Part shown: positions 58,601 through 64,000 of the stretch, one piece after another | Numbering within the stretch: the stretch's first letter is position 1 | Layout: every line of letters begins with the position of its first letter | Assembly (NCBI GenBank): GCA_040081625.1 | Contig: JBEBGD010000010.1 | Coordinates: forward strand, 31,665-95,664 | Direction: 5' to 3' | Source of the DNA: Chthoniobacteraceae bacterium | Lineage (GTDB): Bacteria > Verrucomicrobiota > Verrucomicrobiia > Chthoniobacterales > Chthoniobacteraceae | Length of the DNA stretch: 64,000 bases | Position numbers and translations under genes: made by a program | The notes under the pieces: model-generated | What the model was told of the DNA's origin: nothing | Database searches by the model: none | What the model saw: the letters and a program-made list of their open reading frames with translations, nothing else

Positions 58601-59563
58601 GGGATTATCTTCGCGACTGGAAACATCGGCACGGTGAAAATCGCCGGTTCGATGCTGGGCGGCTCGGCCGCAGGGAGCGGCGTGATCGGCAGCGGCGGAA
58701 GCATCGGCACGGTGAAGATCGGGGGCTCGCTCGTCGGCGGGAGCGCGCCCGGCTCGGGGTCGATCAGCGTCGGCAGCTCGCTCCCGATCGCACACCACAT
58801 CGGCTCGGTCACGATCGCCGGCGATCTCCTCGGAGGCGCGGGCGATTTCTCCGGCTCGATCCTCGCGATCGCCGTGGGCCGGATCGGCAATGTCACCATC
58901 GGCGGCAGTTTCATCGCGGGCGCCAACCCGCTCAACGGCATCCAGAGCGACAGCACGCTCGGCGCGGTGAAGATCAAGGGCGACTTGCGCGGCACAGCCG
59001 CCGCGCCAGCGATCATCGCGGCGCAGGGCAACTTCAATCCCGCCACGCCCGCACAGGCGCTCGCGATCAAGAGCCTCAACGTCGGCGGAAGCATCGAGCA
59101 GGCGCAGGTGCTCGCCGGTTTCAAGACGATCGTGGTCTCGACCATTCCCACGATCCGCTTGGACCTCGTCGCGACAAACCCGGACGTGCAGATCGGCCCG
59201 GTGCGCGCCGGGAGCTGGATCGCCAGCAGTCTCGGCGCCGGCGTGACGCCGGGAGCTGATCGCCTTTTTGGCACAGCCGACGACAGCAGAACGACACCCA
59301 TCAACCCGGGCGTCATGGACAACCCGGACATCCCATCAAAGATCGCCAGCATCCGGATTCGCGGGCAGCTCTTCGGCGCTGGCAGCGACGCACTCGGCGA
59401 CCCCTTCGGCTCCGGCTTCGTCGCCGAACAGATCGTGGCGATGAAAGTCGGCGCCACCCCTATCCCGCTCACCCGTGGCGCGGGCAACGACAATCTCACC
59501 GCCGACGATCCGCGGCTCACGTTCGGTTTCTTCCGCGATGTCGTCGTGCGCGAAGTCGCCTGA
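55658..59563 (+). CDS. Large surface protein with an N-terminal LEPLEARIAPA motif and beta-helix repeats
   Basis: LEPLEARIAPA; N...G repeats; DVDGDDVTLK module; Gly-rich IGxVKIGGSL repeats. Confidence 0.85.
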   Translation: MRTASYLEPLEARIAPAAIVFDLPAGNGTPDEITVARDAAQLVLAINGAQVAAWEFAGVDSLGIGGSDDDDTLVVDFDSGEAVPAGGLFFDGRAGFDSLDVRGGSFERAVSTPFDAHSGTLAFDARLITYAGIEPINDTSAAANFVINASSSLDLIVIGNGAVVNGFQTIQVFGGEPANFESVQFANKQVVFINGLGGGDTFNFEATIPAVGLSAILMNGHSSDNAGDDSAIDLVNINGSIAGVAFAVTGGGGADQFFANDGTYNRPITFNGQAGADTLSVSGMTISGSATGALTINDIATITVESSRFTNNGDEGIEITGGGTATLTGVTSTGNLTGLLATGALSISDTGGNYSRNDNHGIQLVGHAGGVMLTDTRLENNDANNDNVGDGFNADTIAGALTVRGAQIRDTGGASDHQERGIFVGSIVGGVTLESSTDNAVRVEGHESDGVRIDNGGATASITGGVFMSNAADGLDLRSFGAITVSSADVNNNQRGLRVENSELTVTGGVFNNHSLHGLSLVTVTATLTDVVAESNASRGIVADLVGASTISGGRFSDNGSHGLELRGNSVVGATIALTDVEAKMNSGDGLLANGFTDSGSAAPEITITGGTFSQNGLAFELISGIHFSANIGDALIENLTAANNPLAGITVDVAASVTMRNVTMSQNGFGASDPLGASFANVGLLSYTPTTGEVDDTFTLSASGRLTTQFTDRLSLGVNVGVLALNGGDGRDTFNVIPLVDTLVVIDGGAPANSPGDVLEYNTERRIPTQSDVGIFAPGVMPVDFSGIESVSINNNGLRLLNAKTAVYRDVDGDDVTLKVNRGAFAFDDFMLDPDGLGAQLQLIVLAGFDRANFTLTAKRSALGGDGFANVGHIDAIDTDLGAISIKGDLGRIDAGTGSATVPAIKSLTVQSVGRLEDTTQATGGSLTSSIFGKLGKLTIRGDMRGIINVAGKDFVSGADGKIGAITIGGSLIGGEALDAGIIFATGNIGTVKIAGSMLGGSAAGSGVIGSGGSIGTVKIGGSLVGGSAPGSGSISVGSSLPIAHHIGSVTIAGDLLGGAGDFSGSILAIAVGRIGNVTIGGSFIAGANPLNGIQSDSTLGAVKIKGDLRGTAAAPAIIAAQGNFNPATPAQALAIKSLNVGGSIEQAQVLAGFKTIVVSTIPTIRLDLVATNPDVQIGPVRAGSWIASSLGAGVTPGADRLFGTADDSRTTPINPGVMDNPDIPSKIASIRIRGQLFGAGSDALGDPFGSGFVAEQIVAMKVGATPIPLTRGAGNDNLTADDPRLTFGFFRDVVVREVA

Positions 59564-59565
59564 CC

Positions 59566-60561
59566 CTACTCCGGCCTCGGCCCGCGGCTGAGGAGGTTCG
59601 CCATCACTTCGCGTGCCGAGTGCCCGCCGTCGAGCAGCGCGCGCATCTGGTCGATGATCGGCGTTTCGATGCCGAGCCTGCGCCCGCACTCCTGCGCGCT
59701 GTAGGTCGTGGGCACGCCCTCGGCGATCATCTTCATCGAGGCGGTGATGTCCGCGAGGCTTTCGCCCTTGCCGAGCCGCTCGCCCACGCCGCGGTTGCGG
59801 CTGTGCTGGGAAAAGCACGTGACCATCAGGTCGCCCACGCCGCTCAGTCCGCTGAAGGTCTCGCGCCGGCCGCCGAGCGCGGTGCCCAGCCGCGTCATCT
59901 CCGCGAGCGATCGCGTGACGAGCGCGGCCTTCGAGTTGTCGCCGAGTCCGAGGCCATCGCACGCGCCGGCGGCGAGGGCGTAGATGTTTTTCAGCGCGCC
60001 GCCGAGCTCCACGCCGGCGACGTCGTCATTCGTGTAAGCGCGGAAGAAACTCGTGGAAAACGCGGTCTGCAAACGCTGCGCCGCGGCGGGATTGGCGCAC
60101 GCGATCGTCACGGCGGTCGGTGCCTTGCGCGCGACTTCCTCCGCGTGGCTCGGGCCGCTGAGCGCGGCGACCGTGTGCGTGGGCAGGTGCTCGGCGATGA
60201 TCTCCGTCATGCGCTTGCCGCTTCCGCGCTCGACGCCCTTCGTGCAGGAAATGAGCACCGCATCGTCGCGCAACCCTGCGCCCGCGAGCCGCGCGGCGAC
60301 TTCGCGCGTGGCCTTCGAGGGCGTGACGACGAGCAGCAGGTCACACGCGGCGAGATCGGCCAGTTCGTGCGTCCAGCGAAACGATTCCGGCAGCGCGAGG
60401 CCGGGAAGGTAGATGTAGTTTTCCCGCCGCGCGGCGAAGGACTCCACTTCGCCCGCCATGTGGCCCCAGAGCGTGATGGGCAGGCGGTTTTCGTGGAGCA
60501 GCAGCGCGAGCGCCGTGCCCCAGCCGCCCGCGCCGATGATGCCGATGTTTTGGAAACTCAT
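59566..60561 (-). CDS. gpsA: NAD(P)H-dependent glycerol-3-phosphate dehydrogenase
   Basis: IGAGGWGTALA, LSGPSHAEEV, GVELGGALKN, GDLMVTC.S.HSRN. Confidence 0.97.
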   Translation of the reverse strand: MSFQNIGIIGAGGWGTALALLLHENRLPITLWGHMAGEVESFAARRENYIYLPGLALPESFRWTHELADLAACDLLLVVTPSKATREVAARLAGAGLRDDAVLISCTKGVERGSGKRMTEIIAEHLPTHTVAALSGPSHAEEVARKAPTAVTIACANPAAAQRLQTAFSTSFFRAYTNDDVAGVELGGALKNIYALAAGACDGLGLGDNSKAALVTRSLAEMTRLGTALGGRRETFSGLSGVGDLMVTCFSQHSRNRGVGERLGKGESLADITASMKMIAEGVPTTYSAQECGRRLGIETPIIDQMRALLDGGHSAREVMANLLSRGPRPE

Positions 60562-60602
60562 GCGCGCGCAGTCGAGTGCGCGTGCGCGCAAAGTGCAAGC
60601 GC

Positions 60603-60719
60603 AAGGAGCGGCGACATTCCTGTCGCCGTCGTCGCCAGCGCGCGAAGCGCCCCCTCGAAGACGGAGAAGTGGCGCTGCGCGCAGCGTGTTCGACGGCGAC
60701 AGGAATGTCGCCGCTCCTT
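60603..60719. repeat. REPIN-like element: two inverted GGAG-type REPs
   Basis: Perfect 29-bp inverted repeat aaggagcggcgacattcctgtcgccgtcg at 60603-60631 and 60691-60719; each arm has an internal cggcgaca/tgtcgccg hairpin. Confidence 0.88.
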
Positions 60720-60763
60720 TCCGCCCTCGCCAGCGCGCGCGATGTGCGCTTTGCTCCCGGGCC

Positions 60764-63700
60764 ATGAAAGCGCCCGTCGTGTTCTCCCGCCCCGAACCGC
60801 TCGAAGCCCGCATCGCTCCGGCGACGACCACCACGCTGACGTGGCAGGGCGATGTCGGCGCCGGGTGGGACGATGGGACGGTGAACACGAACACCAACTG
60901 GCTCTCGAACCTCGGCGCGCACCGACTCCCGGTCGATGGGAACATCCTCGTCTTCCCCGCGGGCGCGGGGAACAAGACGAACGTCAACGACATCGCCGGG
61001 CTGGACCTCCGTTCGATCACGATCAACGAAGGCGGCTACACGATCACCGGCCAGCCGATCACGCTCTCGGGTGGGATCACATCGAACGTGGCGGGTGGGT
61101 TCGTTCCGACGTTCGCAGTGCCGGTCACGCTGGTGGCGGATCAGACCTTTGCCAACAACAACGGGGCTAACCAACTGCAGCTCGGCCTGGTGGATCTCGG
61201 CGGCCATGCGCTGACGATCTCCGCCACGGGGCAGATCCACTTTTCCACCAACGCCACAAAGATCACCGGCGCGGGTGCCATCACGAAGACGGGAACGGCA
61301 GATGCGATTTTTTTCGAAGATAACGACTACACGGGGCCGACGCAGGTCGATGCCGGAACGTTGCAACTCAATGAGATCGGCGCCCTCGGCGCGAGCGGCG
61401 CGGGCAATGGGACGAGCATCGCCAGCGGGGCGACGCTCACTTTTGCCACCACTATCAACGGGACGCTGGCGGAGGACATCACCATCGCGGGCACCGGCGC
61501 TGCGGGTGTGGGGGGCGCGATGCACCTGAACGAAGCAGGCGGTTCCGCGGCAATTGTGATCCTCACCGGCGCGCTGCGGCTCAGCGCGGATGCGACGATC
61601 CAGGACGACGGCACGCTCACGCTCGCGGGCGCGGTCGGCGCGACGGACGATGCGCTCGCGGTGCTCACGATCAACAACACGGACACTTTCGCCTTCGCGA
61701 ACACCGCGAATTTCACCACCGAACTCGCGGGCACGACACCGGGCGCGGGCGGGCACGATCAGCTCAAGGTCATCGGCCCGGTGAATCTCGGCGGCGCGGC
61801 GCTGGATGTGGTGCCGGCGTTCACGCCGGCGGTCGGGGCGAAGTTCACGATCGTGGACAACGACGGCGCCGATCCGATCGTCGGCACTTTCGCGGGGAAG
61901 GCCGAGGGCGCGGCGTTCACCGCGGGCGGCGTGAATTTCACCATCAGCTACAAGGGCGTGGACGGTGCGACCGGCAACGACGTGGTGCTGACCGTCGCCA
62001 GCCTCGTGAACCCGCCGCTCGCGGTGACGCTCTCGACCAATGGCAAGACCGCGACCTTCATCGACACGGACGGCGACAACGTGACGGTGAAAACGACGAA
62101 GGGTCCGTTTCAGCCCAACGATTTCAGCGGCGTCGCCACGGGCGTCGCGGGCGGCGGGCAGCTCCAGCTCATCAATCTCACCACGCACGCCGCCGACTTC
62201 ACCGGCGCGGGGATCACCATCACCGCGAAGCCGGGGCCGCTCGGCGGGAATGGCTTCGTGAATGTCGGCTACGTGAACGCGACGGGCATCGACCTCGGCG
62301 CGGTGAAAATCGCGGGCGATCTCGGGCGCATCAATGCCGGCACCGTCGGCGGCGATGCGAAAGTGCCCGCGCTCAAGTCGCTCGACGTGCAGAGCCTCGG
62401 CCTGCTCGGCACGAGCACGCAGGCGGCGGGTGGGGACAGCAGAAGCATCATCACAGGCGCGCTGGCGAAGCTCGCGGTGAAAGGCGATATGCGCGGGAGC
62501 ATCAACGTGAACGGTGCGACTGACGGGAAACTCGGCAGCGCGACGATTGGCGGGTCGATCGTCAACAATAACGTTGGCCCCATTTTCGTGACTCTCAACG
62601 CGCAAGCCGGCATCGGCTCGGTGAAAGTCGCGGGCGATCTGCGCGTGGAGGACAGCAGCAACGGCATCGTCATCAAGAGCAGCGACGGCGGGATCGGCTC
62701 GATCACCGTCGGCGGGAGCCTCATCGGCGTGAGCAGCGTCCAGCCGGTGTTTATCGGCGCATTCGGCCAGAGCGTCGCGCCCGCCAAGGGCACGGACTTC
62801 GCGATCAAGACGCTGAAGATCGGGGGCAGCGTTGAGAACACCACGATCTCGGTCGGCGGGGACACCGGCAGCGGCGCCGGCGCGAATACCGACGCCTCGA
62901 TCGGCTCGATCAGCGTCGGGGGCGATTGGATCGCGAGCACCGTGCAGGCAGGCATCAGCGGCGGCGCGGACCTCGAGGTCGGGAACAATAACGACGTGAA
63001 ATTCGCCGCCAACACCCTGCGCGACAACCCGGACCTCTTCTCGAGCATCGGCAGCTTCACGGTGAAAGGGCAGGCGCTCGGCACTTCCTCCAGCACCACC
63101 GATATGTTCGGCGCCGTCGCCGAGCGGATCGGGAAGGCGAAAGTCGGCGGGCGCACGTTCGCGTTCACGAAGGGCGCGACGCCCGAGGCGTTCTTCGCCG
63201 CGCCCACGCTCGATGGCGCGGGCGCGGAGAATCCCGCGTTCGACTTCACCATCCGCGAACTCGGCTCGCTCACGCCGATCCCGCCCGGCGGGACGGGCAT
63301 CGTCGTATCCGCCGATGGGCGGACCGCGACCTTCACCGACGTGGACGGCGACGACGTGACCGTGAAACGCAGCGCGGGCGCGTTCACCGGCGGCGAGTTC
63401 ACGCTCGTGGCCGGCCCCGGCGGCAGCCAGCTCAGCCGGCTCATCCTCACCGTGACCGGCGGCGCGCCTTTCGATGTCTCGATCACCGCGCGGCCCGGCG
63501 CCGGCGGCGGCAATGGGTTCGTGAACGTCGGCGACGTGACCGTGTTTGGCGGCACGCTCGGGAAGCTGACCATCGCGGGCGACCTCGGCAGCTTCAGCAA
63601 CACCGGCGGCTTGCTCGAGAAACCGGCGGTGACCGCCTTCACCGCGCACTCGCTCGGCCAGCTCGGCACCAGCACCGGCGCCACGCAGAACACGTTCAGC

Positions 63701-64000
63701 TTCTTCGGCTCCGTGCCGAAATTCACCGTGGCCGGCGACGTGCGCGGCGCGTCCATCATCGTGCTCGACTCGGCCAACCTGCCCGGCATCGGCAAGGGCT
63801 TCATCGGCGGCAGCTTCATCGGCGGCGCGACCGCCGACGCGGGGCACATCAGCGTCGGCGTCATCGGCTCGCTCAAGATCGGCGGCAGCGTGCGCTCGGG
63901 CGCGGGCGCGTCGTCGGGCACCATCGAGGCGAGCGCGTCCATCGGCAGCATCGCGATCGGCGGCGACATCGTCGGCAGCGCCGCCGTGCCCGTCGAGATC
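60764..64000 (+). CDS. Large surface protein with an EPLEARIAPA motif and autotransporter-associated beta-strand repeats; runs off the window end
   Basis: Absent from the ORF track (no stop); translated by hand as MKAPVVFSRPEPLEARIAPATTTTLTWQG..., NDYTGPTQVDAGTL, with two DxDGDxVTVK modules (about 62060 and 63335). Confidence 0.88.
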   Translation, partial: MKAPVVFSRPEPLEARIAPATTTTLTWQGDVGAGWDDGTVNTNTNWLSNLGAHRLPVDGNILVFPAGAGNKTNVNDIAGLDLRSITINEGGYTITGQPITLSGGITSNVAGGFVPTFAVPVTLVADQTFANNNGANQLQLGLVDLGGHALTISATGQIHFSTNATKITGAGAITKTGTADAIFFEDNDYTGPTQVDAGTLQLNEIGALGASGAGNGTSIASGATLTFATTINGTLAEDITIAGTGAAGVGGAMHLNEAGGSAAIVILTGALRLSADATIQDDGTLTLAGAVGATDDALAVLTINNTDTFAFANTANFTTELAGTTPGAGGHDQLKVIGPVNLGGAALDVVPAFTPAVGAKFTIVDNDGADPIVGTFAGKAEGAAFTAGGVNFTISYKGVDGATGNDVVLTVASLVNPPLAVTLSTNGKTATFIDTDGDNVTVKTTKGPFQPNDFSGVATGVAGGGQLQLINLTTHAADFTGAGITITAKPGPLGGNGFVNVGYVNATGIDLGAVKIAGDLGRINAGTVGGDAKVPALKSLDVQSLGLLGTSTQAAGGDSRSIITGALAKLAVKGDMRGSINVNGATDGKLGSATIGGSIVNNNVGPIFVTLNAQAGIGSVKVAGDLRVEDSSNGIVIKSSDGGIGSITVGGSLIGVSSVQPVFIGAFGQSVAPAKGTDFAIKTLKIGGSVENTTISVGGDTGSGAGANTDASIGSISVGGDWIASTVQAGISGGADLEVGNNNDVKFAANTLRDNPDLFSSIGSFTVKGQALGTSSSTTDMFGAVAERIGKAKVGGRTFAFTKGATPEAFFAAPTLDGAGAENPAFDFTIRELGSLTPIPPGGTGIVVSADGRTATFTDVDGDDVTVKRSAGAFTGGEFTLVAGPGGSQLSRLILTVTGGAPFDVSITARPGAGGGNGFVNVGDVTVFGGTLGKLTIAGDLGSFSNTGGLLEKPAVTAFTAHSLGQLGTSTGATQNTFSFFGSVPKFTVAGDVRGASIIVLDSANLPGIGKGFIGGSFIGGATADAGHISVGVIGSLKIGGSVRSGAGASSGTIEASASIGSIAIGGDIVGSAAVPVEI

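Overview
This is a GC-rich bacterial chromosome segment. The gene repertoire (four sulfatases, PQQ-like propellers, DUF5069, PLEARIAPA-motif surface proteins) suggests Verrucomicrobiota, probably Chthoniobacter/Spartobacteria-like; this is an inference. Most of the window is housekeeping (carB, ispD, folD, trpF, gpsA, ABC-F, PduO-type adenosyltransferase, YqeY, larA), secreted hydrolases and very large repetitive surface proteins. The unusual part is a roughly 5 kb accessory/defence patch at about 5977-11059. In order it holds: (1) a gene with RNAP alpha-CTD-like and ribbon-helix-helix-like segments, bracketed by a 47-bp duplication of the upstream gene's 3' end; (2) a dcm / NotI-like REase / vsr restriction-modification locus whose middle is replaced by an orphan PD-(D/E)xK-like nuclease, a small ORF and a Y1/HUH transposase flanked by perfect 34-bp inverted REP-like arms; (3) a degenerate 42-bp-period array with a palindromic core beside a gene remnant; and (4) a DUF433/PIN toxin-antitoxin pair with a nonsense codon in the toxin. 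Elsewhere there is a sulfatase-YHYH fusion, an overlapping small-ORF/nucleotidyltransferase pair, an orphan secretin, a 40-aa basic ORF below the track cutoff, a second in-frame TAG, a frameshifted propeller gene, a LysR box and a REPIN. I saw no tRNA, rRNA, CRISPR-cas or prophage. All family calls come from motif recognition by eye, not database searches.
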